64,000 nucleotides of DNA from Candidatus Poribacteria bacterium (GTDB lineage Bacteria > Poribacteria > WGA-4E > WGA-3G), in NCBI GenBank assembly GCA_965205015.1, contig OZ242029.1, positions 3,744,001 to 3,808,000 on the forward strand, read 5' to 3'. Shown piece after piece: positions 48,310-59,086 of this stretch; position 1 is the first letter of the stretch, and each line of letters opens with the position of its first letter. The notes beneath the pieces are model-generated. The model did no database searches. It saw nothing but the letters and a program-made list of their open reading frames with translations, and was not told the DNA's origin. A program made the translations under genes and the position numbers.

Positions 48310-49085
48310 AAACGCTCAATTTACGCGTTCGCTATTTTCAGGATAGCACACCGGCAGATGTGCCGTGCCGTGAAACCGCCTTCATCCGCCGTGAGTTTGA
48401 CATGCCGTTGCCTGTTGAGGAAACCGCTTTAGTCCTCGTCGATCTGTGGAACGTGCATTTCATCGAAAGCTGGATAGAACGGGCGACACGGGTAACGAAG
48501 GAGTGCGTCGTGCCTGTGATAGATGCTGCGCGAGACGCAGGTTTGACAATTGTTCATGCCCCGTCTCCGTCAGTAGCGGCACAATATCCGCAACTCGAAC
48601 GGCACAAACCGCCTGAACCGTCTGTCCCTTCAGCGTGGCCCCCCTCTGATTTCCGAAGTCGTGAGGGGGACTACGCTGTTTACCGCGGTCCCCGTAGTCA
48701 ACCCCCGAGTATCGACATCCACTGGAACAAACTCGCATCGCAGCTTGCTGTCTCCCCAGCGATTGATGTGAAGCCGGAAGATTTTGTTATCGCCACCGGG
48801 CAGCAGTTGCATGAACTCTTGGAGGAGCGGCGGATCTTACATCTGCTTTTCGCGGGTTTCGCAACGAATTGGTGTGTATTGGGCAGGGATTACGGTATCC
48901 GTTCGATGGCGCGGTATGGCTATAACATCGTGTTACTCCGCGATGCCACAACCGGCGTGGAGTTTCCCGATACTTATGATAACCTGTTCACAACAGAGAT
49001 CGCGATTCGGGAGGTAGAACAACAGTACGGATTTAGCACATCGAACGTCGATTTTTTTGATGCGATTGAGAAACTTCCAGCATAG
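48306..49085 (+). CDS. isochorismatase-family cysteine hydrolase
   Basis: ALVLVDLW, GFATNWCV, LLRDATT. Confidence 0.82.
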   Translation: MKTLNLRVRYFQDSTPADVPCRETAFIRREFDMPLPVEETALVLVDLWNVHFIESWIERATRVTKECVVPVIDAARDAGLTIVHAPSPSVAAQYPQLERHKPPEPSVPSAWPPSDFRSREGDYAVYRGPRSQPPSIDIHWNKLASQLAVSPAIDVKPEDFVIATGQQLHELLEERRILHLLFAGFATNWCVLGRDYGIRSMARYGYNIVLLRDATTGVEFPDTYDNLFTTEIAIREVEQQYGFSTSNVDFFDAIEKLPA

Positions 49086-49242
49086 AGTTCTACCAATGGA
49101 CTCCTGTTTTTCACTGTCAGGCGAGGTCTCCGTGCCCCGCCTCTTTTCTTGCAAAAGTTATGTTCCTAATCTCATGTTGGATTGTCTTAACACGTTTGAT
49201 CACGTTAGCGCACGGAAGCACGAAATCAAGAAAAAATAAAGA

Positions 49243-51480
49243 ATGGAGTCTGCTGACATGCTGCGGCGTATGAATGATATTCTTTGCTTAGAATTTCTCT
49301 CCGGTTCTCATTCAATTGCTGTTTCACCTGATGGTAACGAGCTGGCTGTTGTTGTGCAGAGTTATCGTAGACATCAAGCTGAAAGGGGCATATCTGAGCG
49401 TTTTCTACCATCGGGGTTGCCTGTTTCGTTTGAAGGAAGTGAAATTTGGCTTGTCAATGTTAAAAACGGAGAATCACGAAATCTCACACCGAATTGGGGG
49501 ACAAGTTACAAACCTGCATGGTCACCTGATGGAGAGAAATTGGCTTTTTATTCGGATAAACACGGGAAGGCACAGTTGTGGATATGGGAAGGTGGTGAAA
49601 ATGAGCCGGGGCTCGCGAGTGATATCACAATCCGACCGTTTTCGAGGACCGGTCCGCCGCCGCTTTGGACCCCGGATGGAACACATATTGTTGTTAAACT
49701 ACAACCTGAGACAATCATCAGTGAAGAAACACCTCCAGACAGAGAAGCCTCATCTGTGAAAGTCTTTACGAGTCGAGTTGCTGAGGAAATACCTGCAAAC
49801 AAAGAGCGTTCCGAAGGTGGATCTGAACTATGGTGGCCCTCGTGGGGACATTGGTTTCGCTCAGATGTAGGGGTGATAACGGTCGCAACGGGTGAAGTTA
49901 GGATGTTAGCACAAGGATTCCATCCATTTGGTCTTCGTATTTCACCGGATGGCAAAACTGTCGGAGTTATGAACTTTCGGGGATTTGAGAACTTAGAAAA
50001 TGCTCAAGGCGTGAACGAGTTTTATCTTTATCCTTTGGATGGCACTCCGCCACAGTTGATTGCGGATTCACTGAAGTTCCATGGACTTTTGTTTAGTTGG
50101 TCTCCAGATGGTCGCTATATTGCTTATACAACAGAGGGATATCCACTCTCAACCCAAGCCTCGAAATCGGAACTTTTTCTCATTTCGACATCCGACGGTA
50201 GCCAAGTGAACCTCACGCAGGAGACCGATATTGAACTGGCAAATAGTTCACATCCCCCTTTATGGAGTTCCGATAGCCGACATCTATTCTGTGTTGCCCA
50301 CGGACATCTCTGGCGAATTGCTATCGCGAATCAGACCATTGAAAAGTTAACAGATGGATTTGACCGACATGTTATTCGGCTTGTTCGACGATCTGAAGCA
50401 GATACCGTCTGGTCCCCAAACCATGCTGAATCGGTATATATTCAGACATCGAAAGGTGCGGAGCATGGGTTTTATCGCATCAACTTGGAAACGTTGGCAA
50501 GCACACGGTTGGTTGAAGAAACGCGGGTGTATAATAGACGTGGAAATATGGATGTCGCGCCTCAGACGGGTGATATTTTCTACAGCGTTGAGGACTTAAA
50601 TCATCCCGTAGATGTGTGGGTGGCGGATACAGATTTCCAAAATCCGCGACAGCGCACCCGCCTGAATCCAAGCATTGAAACAGAGCCACTCGGCACTTCT
50701 CGGCTTATCACCTGGCGAACACCTTCTGGAAAAAATCTCACAGGTGCCTTGTTGTTACCCGAAGATTATGTTGAAGGACAGAGGTATCCACTGATCACGG
50801 AAGTTTATGGCGGTTCGTTTCTATCACGTCAGAGTAACGATTTCGGCACAGATGGTACAGGACATAATTTTCTGCTCACAAAGCAAGGTTACGTTGTCTT
50901 TCTTCCAGATATGCCTATGGAAACAAATTCTCCTGTCCAAGAGTTGACGGAGTTGACGCTTTCTGGTATAGATGCAGTGATTGACATGGGGATTGCCGAT
51001 GCGAAGCGTTTAGGCGTCATGGGACAGAGTTACGGCGGGTACTGCGTCAATGCCCTGATTACACAGACATCTCGGTTTGCCGCTGCTGTTGCTTCCGCAC
51101 CGATCAGCAATTTAATTAGTTTCTATGGACATTTAACAGAAGGCGGCGATAGTCCCTGGATCACTTGGACAGAGAAGAGTCAAGGCAGAATGGAAGGGTC
51201 GCTTTGGGAGTTCCGGGAGCGATATATCGAAAACTCCCCTATCTTTTTCCTTGACAAGGTGGAAACTCCCTTATTGTTGATTGTTGGGGCATTAGACAAC
51301 GATGCTGTCCCGCAGGCAGGGGAAATGTTCTCAGGCTTACGTAGGCTTGGAAAACAGGCGGTTTTGGTGCGCTACGAGAATGAAGGACATAAGCCGCAAC
51401 AAGGACGTTATCCGAATGTGGTTGACTATTGGCAACGGGTGCTCACTTGGTTTGATGAGCATTTCTCGGAATCGGTGTAG
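49243..51480 (+). CDS. S9 family prolyl oligopeptidase / acylaminoacyl peptidase
   Basis: PD40-like propeller; GQSYGG nucleophile, GALD, EGH triad. Confidence 0.92.
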   Translation: MESADMLRRMNDILCLEFLSGSHSIAVSPDGNELAVVVQSYRRHQAERGISERFLPSGLPVSFEGSEIWLVNVKNGESRNLTPNWGTSYKPAWSPDGEKLAFYSDKHGKAQLWIWEGGENEPGLASDITIRPFSRTGPPPLWTPDGTHIVVKLQPETIISEETPPDREASSVKVFTSRVAEEIPANKERSEGGSELWWPSWGHWFRSDVGVITVATGEVRMLAQGFHPFGLRISPDGKTVGVMNFRGFENLENAQGVNEFYLYPLDGTPPQLIADSLKFHGLLFSWSPDGRYIAYTTEGYPLSTQASKSELFLISTSDGSQVNLTQETDIELANSSHPPLWSSDSRHLFCVAHGHLWRIAIANQTIEKLTDGFDRHVIRLVRRSEADTVWSPNHAESVYIQTSKGAEHGFYRINLETLASTRLVEETRVYNRRGNMDVAPQTGDIFYSVEDLNHPVDVWVADTDFQNPRQRTRLNPSIETEPLGTSRLITWRTPSGKNLTGALLLPEDYVEGQRYPLITEVYGGSFLSRQSNDFGTDGTGHNFLLTKQGYVVFLPDMPMETNSPVQELTELTLSGIDAVIDMGIADAKRLGVMGQSYGGYCVNALITQTSRFAAAVASAPISNLISFYGHLTEGGDSPWITWTEKSQGRMEGSLWEFRERYIENSPIFFLDKVETPLLLIVGALDNDAVPQAGEMFSGLRRLGKQAVLVRYENEGHKPQQGRYPNVVDYWQRVLTWFDEHFSESV

Positions 51481-51487
51481 ATTCCTC

Positions 51488-51736
51488 TTAGGCAGGCGAA
51501 GCGAACGCGTCTTTGAACTTTTGGAACAACCGTGTTTGGTAAGTCCCTTCGCCTTCTGCTTTTTCTTCCCGCAATCGTTGACTCTTTTCCTTCGCGGGTT
51601 TTAACGCTTCCGCTTCCTCTGCATCTAACTCTGCAAAGATGGCTAAAAGTTCTGCTTGCTCTCGTTCTGTCAAAGTCCCTTCTGCCTCACGGAGTCGCAG
51701 TTGCTCTAATCTATACTGCCTGTTTGTGCCTTTCAT
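51488..51736 (-). CDS. hypothetical protein, possibly truncated
   Basis: AGGAG RBS; charged helical 82 aa. Confidence 0.45.
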   Translation of the reverse strand: MKGTNRQYRLEQLRLREAEGTLTEREQAELLAIFAELDAEEAEALKPAKEKSQRLREEKAEGEGTYQTRLFQKFKDAFASPA

Positions 51737-51804
51737 GATTATGTTCTCCTACGGTTTAGCCATCTAACTCTACATTAGGTTTTCAACGTTTTATATTTCC
51801 CTGT

Positions 51805-53694
51805 TCAATCGGCAGCAACACCTTCCAACGGTGGAAGTTCCGGGTAGTTCCCACGGGCGTGTCGCCACGCGAGGATCCCTTCAACGATCATCCAGATCTG
51901 TAAAGCCTCAACGGCGATACCGAATCCGAAGAGCAAGTATTTGCCCTTGAAAAGCCAACCTTCAGGATTGAACATCTGATGTAGCATTGCCCACGCGGGC
52001 ATGATGAGCATGACGATCATCGGGAGGAGTGCGAACCAAATCGGTTTGTTGCGGCGCAGGAGATAGAAGACAATGACCATGAAGGCTAATCCGGCTAAGA
52101 GCTGGTTCGTCGCACCGAAGAGGGGCCAGAGTGTCAAGCCGCCGCTGCCGGGACCACTGGGTCCTTGTAGCAGGGCAACTGCGGCAGCGAGTACTAACGC
52201 AAACGCAGTCGCTATGTAACGGTTCGTCAATGGCTTGAACTTCACCGTTTGTGCCAGTTCGTGGATAACGTAGCGTTGGAGACGTGTCGCTGTGTCTAAG
52301 GTTGTGGCGGCGAAACTCGCAACGAGGACCGCCATAATCGCAATGCCCATCTTGAGCGGAATACCGAGGGAGGCGAGGAAATTTCCACCCCCGTCCACAA
52401 ACGCGCTCACCTTCGCCTTGAGTCCGTGGCTTGCCCAGCCGCTGACAACCGTCGTTGTCCCATCAGGATTTGCTTCCGTTTGGATAGCATAGCGCGCTTT
52501 CCACGCGTCCTGATTCGTAACAGGGGTTGCGCTGTCCGCTTTGACAATCGGTTGGAATTTATAGTTTGCACCGGTCCCCGTCCGGTTGAAAATTCCCATA
52601 CCGATGCCAGCACAACAGGCAAGAATAACGATAACAGCAAGTCCACCCTCGAGTAGCATCGCGCCGTATCCGACGTATTGCGCGTCGCCTTCGGAGGCGA
52701 CCTGTTTACTGGAAGTCCCGGAACTTACCATACAGTGGAAACCACTGACCGCACCGCACGCAATTGTAATAAAGAGGAAGGGCCAAATCGGTGGGGCATC
52801 GGGTGGGATGTCTGAGGCAATAGCCGGCGCGGAGGCTGTCAGATCCGCTCTGCCTGTGAAGCCTGCGACGGCAAGTCCAAGCACTAAGAGGAGGAGTGCC
52901 AATACGAGTTCATGGCTGTTGATGAAATCACGCGGTTGCAGAAGCGTCCAGACCGGCAACACTGAAGCGATAAAGCAGTAGACGAAAAGCACCAACGTCC
53001 AGATCACCACGACGTTTAGGTAAGTCTTTCCGAGCAGCGGAATACCGAACCATTGTGCCAAGTCAATCGGTAGGAGATACGCACCAACTGCCATCCCGAT
53101 GTACATGATACCGAGTGCGACAATGGAGGGGATGAGAATATTGCCCCCCCTACGGTAAATCCAGATACCAATGGCGACTGCGAGCGGGATTTCCACCCAA
53201 ACAGACAGAACGGATTCAGGATAGTAGGAGAAAATCAGGGCGATGACCAAGCCGAAGATCGCAAGGACAATGGTCAGCCCCATAAAGAGGACGAACAGAA
53301 AGAGAAATTTCGCGCGGGGACCGATCATCCGTCCTGCAACTTCGCCGACGCTTTGCCCACGATTGCGGAGGGATACAACAAGCGCGCCGAAGTCATGCAC
53401 AGCCCCGATGAAAATCGATCCGAGGACAACCCAAAGCAACGCCGGTAGCCATCCCCAGAAAACGGCAATGGCGGGTCCTACGATCGGACCTGTACCCGCG
53501 ATACTCGTGAAATGGTGCCCAAAGATGACCTCTTTTTTCGTTGGAACGTAATCGACATCATCTCGCAGCTCTTGGCTCGGCACCGTCGCTTGAGAATCTA
53601 ATCCGAAAATCTTTCTCGCTAACCATTTGCCATAGGTATGGTAAGCAACGATGAAACCGATAAAGCTCAAGATCGCAATAATAAGCGTGTTCAT
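51805..53694 (-). CDS. cstA: carbon starvation protein A (peptide/pyruvate transporter)
   Basis: GHHFTSIAGTGPIVGP, LLQPRD, ITIACGAVSGFH, TTLDTATR, WPLFGATNQLLA. Confidence 0.95.
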   Translation of the reverse strand: MNTLIIAILSFIGFIVAYHTYGKWLARKIFGLDSQATVPSQELRDDVDYVPTKKEVIFGHHFTSIAGTGPIVGPAIAVFWGWLPALLWVVLGSIFIGAVHDFGALVVSLRNRGQSVGEVAGRMIGPRAKFLFLFVLFMGLTIVLAIFGLVIALIFSYYPESVLSVWVEIPLAVAIGIWIYRRGGNILIPSIVALGIMYIGMAVGAYLLPIDLAQWFGIPLLGKTYLNVVVIWTLVLFVYCFIASVLPVWTLLQPRDFINSHELVLALLLLVLGLAVAGFTGRADLTASAPAIASDIPPDAPPIWPFLFITIACGAVSGFHCMVSSGTSSKQVASEGDAQYVGYGAMLLEGGLAVIVILACCAGIGMGIFNRTGTGANYKFQPIVKADSATPVTNQDAWKARYAIQTEANPDGTTTVVSGWASHGLKAKVSAFVDGGGNFLASLGIPLKMGIAIMAVLVASFAATTLDTATRLQRYVIHELAQTVKFKPLTNRYIATAFALVLAAAVALLQGPSGPGSGGLTLWPLFGATNQLLAGLAFMVIVFYLLRRNKPIWFALLPMIVMLIMPAWAMLHQMFNPEGWLFKGKYLLFGFGIAVEALQIWMIVEGILAWRHARGNYPELPPLEGVAAD

Positions 53695-53790
53695 TTTTTA
53701 ATTTTACCTTGCGGTTAAACAACGTGCGTTTCGACTTTGACGTGCGTTGCTTATATCCGCCCTCCGCTACGCTTACGGGCTATGGGTTTC
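53695..53790 (-). repeat. dispersed element ending in CCGCAAGGTAAAATTAAAAA at the cstA start
   Basis: Shares ACTTTGACGTGCGTTGCTYATATCCGCC (27/28) and the terminal motif with 58890-58955. Confidence 0.75.
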
Positions 53791-53865
53791 GTTTTTTAAT
53801 TAGGGTTTACGCACGACCTCTTAAAGTCCCCCGAGTAAGTAGGATTTAGGGTAATGAAATTCGGC

Positions 53866-55035
53866 TTACCTGACTCCCATTAAAACCTCAAACGTGAGTT
53901 GATCCAATTTCTCGTATCCGAGTCCTTTTTGTGCGAGGGTATCGGGTTCAAAATCTATCTTTCTCAGTTTTCCGACACTCTCGGCGTTGTAATGTGCCAT
54001 GAGTGATTCGAGTTCAGGATCGCGTGCTTGTATTTCAGCGAGAATCCCTTGAATTTCCGCGTCTTCGTTGAAACGGTGTGCTTTCTCTTTCAGAATCAGA
54101 TAACTCCGCATGCATCCTGCAGCAAAGTCCCAGACCCCTTGTTCGTCTTCAGTTCTGTAGGCGTGTGCGTCAAAGTGCCGCGAGCCGTCCCAGTTCATAT
54201 CTTCAAGGAATTTGACGAGGAAGAAGGCACTTTTAATGTTTTCAGAACCGAAGCGTAGGTCTTGGTCGAAACGACTCATCTTCTGGTCGTTGAGGTCAAT
54301 GTGGAAGAGTTTACCGGCTTCGTAGGCTTGTGCGACACCGTGAATAAAACTCAAACCTGCCATGGTTTCATGGGCAAATTCGGGGTTCACACCGACCATT
54401 TCTGGGTGGTCGAGCGTTTCAATAAAGTGGAGCATGTGCCCTGTTGTGGGAAGATAGATGTCGCCGCGGGGTTCATTCGGCTTTGCTTCAAGCGCGAACC
54501 GGAGGTCGTAACCTTGGTCTTTCACGTAGTGCGTGAAGTAGTTCATCGCCTCACGATTCCACTTGACGGTATCGGGTCCGTTTTTAGAGGCATCGACTTC
54601 TGCGCCTTCACGACCGCCCCAAAACACATAAATGGTCGCGCCGAGTTCAACACCGAGATCAATGGCGTTCAAGGTTTTTTGGATTGCAAAGGCTCGCACC
54701 TTGGGATCGTTAGCGGTAAATGCGCCGTCTTTAAAGATTGGATGGTAGAAGAGATTTGTTGTTGCCATCGGCACCTTCATACCGTGATCGGCGAGTGCCT
54801 GCTTGAATTCGCTAACAATTTTATCGCGTTCGACAGCTGAAGCCTCAAAGGGGACCAAGTCGTTATCGTGTAAATTAACGCCGTACGCGCCAAGTTCGCT
54901 TAATTTCTGGACTGTGTATGTGGGTTTCAAGGGGGGCCTGACAACATCACCAAATGGATCGCGCCCCGGATTCCCGACCGTCCATAATCCAAAGGTGAAC
55001 TTATGTTCAGGCTTAGGCTGATACAGTTCTGACAT
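53866..55035 (-). CDS. xylA: xylose isomerase (class I, short type)
   Basis: [53 protein letters not shown]. Confidence 0.95.
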   Translation of the reverse strand: MSELYQPKPEHKFTFGLWTVGNPGRDPFGDVVRPPLKPTYTVQKLSELGAYGVNLHDNDLVPFEASAVERDKIVSEFKQALADHGMKVPMATTNLFYHPIFKDGAFTANDPKVRAFAIQKTLNAIDLGVELGATIYVFWGGREGAEVDASKNGPDTVKWNREAMNYFTHYVKDQGYDLRFALEAKPNEPRGDIYLPTTGHMLHFIETLDHPEMVGVNPEFAHETMAGLSFIHGVAQAYEAGKLFHIDLNDQKMSRFDQDLRFGSENIKSAFFLVKFLEDMNWDGSRHFDAHAYRTEDEQGVWDFAAGCMRSYLILKEKAHRFNEDAEIQGILAEIQARDPELESLMAHYNAESVGKLRKIDFEPDTLAQKGLGYEKLDQLTFEVLMGVR

Positions 55036-55266
55036 TCATTTACTCCTATCATTTGTAATTTTGGCGAAGCTTATAAGCCAACAATCAGATTATACCATAT
55101 TTGGCGGATTTGTTGCAAATTTTTATTCTCGTACGATTTCGCTTGTGTTTCTGTATAAGGCATGTCCCATTGGAAGAAATTGCTCAGGGTAGGGCGCGAT
55201 TATCCCAAACGAGAAAGGATAGACATTGACATAACAACCTGTCGACTCAGCGTTGTAGTTGCACTT

Positions 55267-55896
55267 TCATAGAATACGTTGACCCGTCACATTATACGCC
55301 TCGATTTTCGTGGTGGCGACGTTGCCATTCGGATACTGGTCCGCGAACATCGTCCAGATCATCGTATCCCGTGGTGCTCGACCTTCCCGAAGCAGGCGGC
55401 GAGATAGTGTCGCTTCGTGAAAGAAGCCGATCTTTTCTGCGACTCTCACGCTCGCTATGTTCTCCGGATCGCAATGGATCTCCACGCGACTGACTTTATT
55501 AATCTTAAAGGCAACCTGGGTTAGTGCAGCCGCCGTTTCTGTCGCCAATCCCTTATTCGTGTATGTATGATGGATCCAGTAACCGATTTCTAATGCTGCT
55601 TTGCCGATTCGCGGGTGCAATCCCGTGCCGCCGAGTACCCGGGTTTCGTCCAAATTAAAAATCCCGTAAGTGAAGTCCTGTCCCAAGTCAAACTTACCGC
55701 GGAACTGACGGATGGACTCGATTTTTGTCTGCAAGTCTGTCGGTTCATCCATTGCCCACGGCATCTGTGGGCGGAGATGCTCTAAATTCTCATCAACTGA
55801 TGCTTTGAGTAGAGAGGCATCCTCAGGCTGCCAGCACCGGATCACCAGTCGCTGTGTATGAATACGGTAAGCAGGACCGACTGTGTTGAAAATCAA
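55267..55896 (-). CDS. RimJ/RimL-type GNAT acetyltransferase
   Basis: TQRLVIR, LEIGYWI, GLATE, NIASVRVAEKIGF. Confidence 0.9.
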   Translation of the reverse strand: MIFNTVGPAYRIHTQRLVIRCWQPEDASLLKASVDENLEHLRPQMPWAMDEPTDLQTKIESIRQFRGKFDLGQDFTYGIFNLDETRVLGGTGLHPRIGKAALEIGYWIHHTYTNKGLATETAAALTQVAFKINKVSRVEIHCDPENIASVRVAEKIGFFHEATLSRRLLREGRAPRDTMIWTMFADQYPNGNVATTKIEAYNVTGQRIL

Positions 55897-56080
55897 TTAG
55901 ATGCTCCTTTTCCACGTAGAAACCAGAAATTGTTGTCCTTTTAGAGGATTTCCATTCCTACGAATTCAGAAAGTGATTTGTGTTATGAGGTGATAGAGAA
56001 CTGAATCTTCCGAAGATTGGCCTACACTTTAAAACCCTACATTAGCGCATTAGACGGAAGATGCTTATATAGGCAGTGCC

Positions 56081-57409
56081 TTAGATTTCAAGGTGCGCGG
56101 AAATTTGTTGCAGGACCTTCTCATAGTCTGCTTCCAATTCCAGTGGCGCATTTAGATAGCGAGGCGGGGGTTCCCCAGGCGTGACATCGTGATACGCCAC
56201 CTTGAAATCCGGGAATTTGAGTCCATTTGCAGTAGAGATAACGATAACCCTGTCATCTGGAAGTATCTGTTTACGTTCGACCATTTTTATCAGGACAGCG
56301 AGTGCTACCCCCGTGTGTGGACAATTGAACAGTCCTGTTCGATCCGCTCTCGCAGCGGCATCCGCCAATTCTGTTTCTGTCGCTTGATCGACGATACCAT
56401 CGAACCGTTTAAGGACACGGATTGCCCGATGGATTGAGACAGGATTGCCGATTTGAATCGCTGTGGCTTGTGTGGCTTGTGCGGTGATAGCATGAAACTC
56501 TGTGAATCCCGTTTGATAACTTCGATACAGCGGATTCGCGCGTTCTGCTTGGGCACAAGCAATGCGCGGAAGTTTGTCAATGATACCGAGTTCGAGCATC
56601 ATTAAAAAGCCGAGTCCGAGTGCGGAAACATTGCCGAGGTTCCCGCCCGGGATAATTATCCAATCCGGCACTTCCCAATCGAACTGCTGTATGATCTCAA
56701 TACTAATGGTTTTTTGCCCTTCGATTCGGAGGGAGTTGATGGAATTGGCGAGGTAAAAGTCCTTCCGGTCGGCAAGTTTTTGGACAATTGCCATGCATCC
56801 GTCGAAATCGGTTTCCAGCGAAAGCGTCAATGCCCCATTGGCGATGGGTTGAATGAGCTGCTCCCGTGTAACTTTCTCTTTTGGCAAGAGAATAATTGCG
56901 GGAATCCCTGCTGCAGAGGCATACGCGGCTAAGGCAGCGGAAGTATCGCCAGTGGACGCGCACATGACGGCGCGAATGTTTCCAGAACCAGCCATGATCT
57001 GCTTAACCATTGAAACGAGGACAGTCATTCCGAGGTCTTTAAAAGAACCTGTATGACTGTTGCCGCACTGTTTAATCCACAGGTCGTTTACGCCGAGTTG
57101 TTCACCGAACCGTTCTGCCCAGAACAGATTGGTGCCACCTTCATACATAGAAATGATGTTATGGTCATCAATGATCGGACAGACGAGTTCCTTTTTCCCC
57201 CAGACCCCGCTACCATACGGGTATTGTGTACGCATGTAGCGCTGTTCAAAGAGGGTTTTCCATTCAGTAGCACGCCGCTGTTTTAACAGGTCCATATCGT
57301 GCCGGACCTCTAACAGCCCGCCGCAGTTTTTGCACCGATAGATAACTTCTGTAAGCGGATAGGTTTCATCGCATCCTTCGCTGCACTGGAACCATGCGTC
57401 GTAGTTCAT
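56081..57409 (-). CDS. thrC: threonine synthase
   Basis: HTGSFKD PLP lysine, [22 protein letters not shown]; N-terminal Cys pairs. Confidence 0.93.
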   Translation of the reverse strand: MNYDAWFQCSEGCDETYPLTEVIYRCKNCGGLLEVRHDMDLLKQRRATEWKTLFEQRYMRTQYPYGSGVWGKKELVCPIIDDHNIISMYEGGTNLFWAERFGEQLGVNDLWIKQCGNSHTGSFKDLGMTVLVSMVKQIMAGSGNIRAVMCASTGDTSAALAAYASAAGIPAIILLPKEKVTREQLIQPIANGALTLSLETDFDGCMAIVQKLADRKDFYLANSINSLRIEGQKTISIEIIQQFDWEVPDWIIIPGGNLGNVSALGLGFLMMLELGIIDKLPRIACAQAERANPLYRSYQTGFTEFHAITAQATQATAIQIGNPVSIHRAIRVLKRFDGIVDQATETELADAAARADRTGLFNCPHTGVALAVLIKMVERKQILPDDRVIVISTANGLKFPDFKVAYHDVTPGEPPPRYLNAPLELEADYEKVLQQISAHLEI

Positions 57410-58047
57410 TGCTCGGCGTTCTCCTCCATAGCGGCTGGAAGGGTGTTTTGGGCAGGTTCGTTTCCGTTTGATGTATTCAGGAGTTCGTCTATTTCTTCAA
57501 GTGAGGGCAACTCAGAGACATCTTTCAATCCGAATTGTAGGAGGAACTCATCTGTGGTTGAAAAGAGTAAGGAGCGTCCATCTTTTCTTCCAGCGATACG
57601 CACCAACCCTTTCTCTACCAGGGAATTGAGCACACTGTCACTGTTCACCCCGCGAAGCGCAGCGACATCCGTCCGCGTAATGGGTTGCTTGTAAGCAACA
57701 ATTGCGAGTGTTTCAAGTGCTGACGGGGATAGTTTGACCCGGACCTGACGCGTATAAAACTTCTGAATCCATTCTGAGTACTCTGGATGTGTGCAGATTT
57801 GGTAACCATTCGCTATTTCAACAAGGCGAAAACTTCGTCCCATTTCTTGATAGTCTTGACGCAATTCGTCGAGTTCTGTTCGGATTGCGCGTTTGTCTAA
57901 CGCCGGCAGCACGGTTTGAAACTGTTCCACCGAGATCGGTTCGCTCGCGGCGAACAGAATCGCTTCCAAAATTAATTTGGGTTTTTGCGGTGGAATCGCG
58001 TCCGGCATCTCTATCGAATCGACAGCGGTAACATATTCAGAATCCAT
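57406..58047 (-). CDS. scpB: SMC-Scp complex subunit ScpB
   Basis: [34 protein letters not shown]. Confidence 0.95.
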   Translation of the reverse strand: MDSEYVTAVDSIEMPDAIPPQKPKLILEAILFAASEPISVEQFQTVLPALDKRAIRTELDELRQDYQEMGRSFRLVEIANGYQICTHPEYSEWIQKFYTRQVRVKLSPSALETLAIVAYKQPITRTDVAALRGVNSDSVLNSLVEKGLVRIAGRKDGRSLLFSTTDEFLLQFGLKDVSELPSLEEIDELLNTSNGNEPAQNTLPAAMEENAEQ

Positions 58048-58058
58048 AAACCAAATTC

Positions 58059-58889
58059 CTAATTGTTTCGTTCTTGTGAACGCGTATTTTCAACGGTCGG
58101 AGGTGGCGGTATCTCTCGATCAGACCCCTCATCCGCCTGTTTAACGATATAGATACTCTCAAAATGATCGGTTTGAACGGTAACGATTTTTCCTATCCGA
58201 ATGAGTTCTAAAATGGCGAGGAATGTTACAATTCGGTCTGTCTTGGTCGAGTCCAAGGGGAACAGGTCATCGAATAGCAATTGGTCTGAACTCTCCAACT
58301 GCAGGTCAATAAAAGCGATTTTGTCCTCAACGGTTATTGTTTCCTCTTCAAATGTTTCGTATGCTTCTTCGACCTCTATCTCCGCAGCTCGATCGTTCAC
58401 CCCCTTAAAAGCGGTAAGGAGGTCGAACAGCGTCGCTCTGATCTCAAACTCACGTGCTCCGTCTAAATCCTCGTGTATCTTTGGGCTTCTGCTATAGCTT
58501 AATGTCCAACGTTCGGCATACCCTTCCAAAACTTGGACGGCCTCTTTGAACTGTTTGTACTCCAAGAGCTGCTTAACGAGTTGCTCTTGATCACCGATCG
58601 TGTATTCAGCATCTGGTGTGAGTTGTGGGAGGATACTTTGCGATTTGATGTGCAGAAGTGTTGCCGCCATCACCAAGAATTCGGATGCCACATCCAAATC
58701 TAACTGCTCCATTAGATTCACATATTCGAGGTATCGGTCGGTGATGTGTGCAATCTGAATATCATAAATATCCATCTCCTCCTTCTGAATCAGATGGAGG
58801 AGCAGATCGAGCGGTCCCTCGAAACCCTCTAATTTCAGGGAGTATATTGGGGCTGTAGCGGCGGGTGTTGGAGGGGTTTCAGTTAGCAA
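58059..58889 (-). CDS. scpA: segregation and condensation protein ScpA
   Basis: FEGPLDLLLHLI, EFLVMAATLLHIKS, TFLAILEL; probable TTG start at 58889 (ORF track 58970 runs into a repeat). Confidence 0.93.
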   Translation of the reverse strand: MLTETPPTPAATAPIYSLKLEGFEGPLDLLLHLIQKEEMDIYDIQIAHITDRYLEYVNLMEQLDLDVASEFLVMAATLLHIKSQSILPQLTPDAEYTIGDQEQLVKQLLEYKQFKEAVQVLEGYAERWTLSYSRSPKIHEDLDGAREFEIRATLFDLLTAFKGVNDRAAEIEVEEAYETFEEETITVEDKIAFIDLQLESSDQLLFDDLFPLDSTKTDRIVTFLAILELIRIGKIVTVQTDHFESIYIVKQADEGSDREIPPPPTVENTRSQERNN

Positions 58890-59030
58890 TTTTAATTTTT
58901 CCTTGCGGAGGAGTACCGTGTGTTTGAACTTTGACGTGCGTTGCTCATATCCGCCTGCGTGTTTTTGCAAACGCTAAAATCCAATGCGAAGAAAGTATTT
59001 CTGCGTATTGTTGCAGGCTACGCGTTTGGA
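58890..59030 (-). repeat. dispersed element ending in CCGCAAGGAAAAATTAAAA at the scpA start, with an internal insert
   Basis: Homologous to 53695-53790; the internal segment carries GTGTTTTTGC and TATTTCTGCG words of the micro-module family. Confidence 0.65.
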
Positions 59031-59086
59031 GCTAAGGAATAGCCCTTAACCGACTACTAATTTAATTGCCATCTTCTAATTTTTCT

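Noticed and set aside
55949-55964. tttccattcctacgaa, resembling the first half of the CRISPR repeat
   Set aside because: Short, gapped, no second half or partner repeat; compatible with chance
58890-58970. N-terminal extension MQKHAGG... of ScpA in the ORF track
   Set aside because: Lies in a dispersed repeat shared with the cstA leader; TTG at 58889 has an SD
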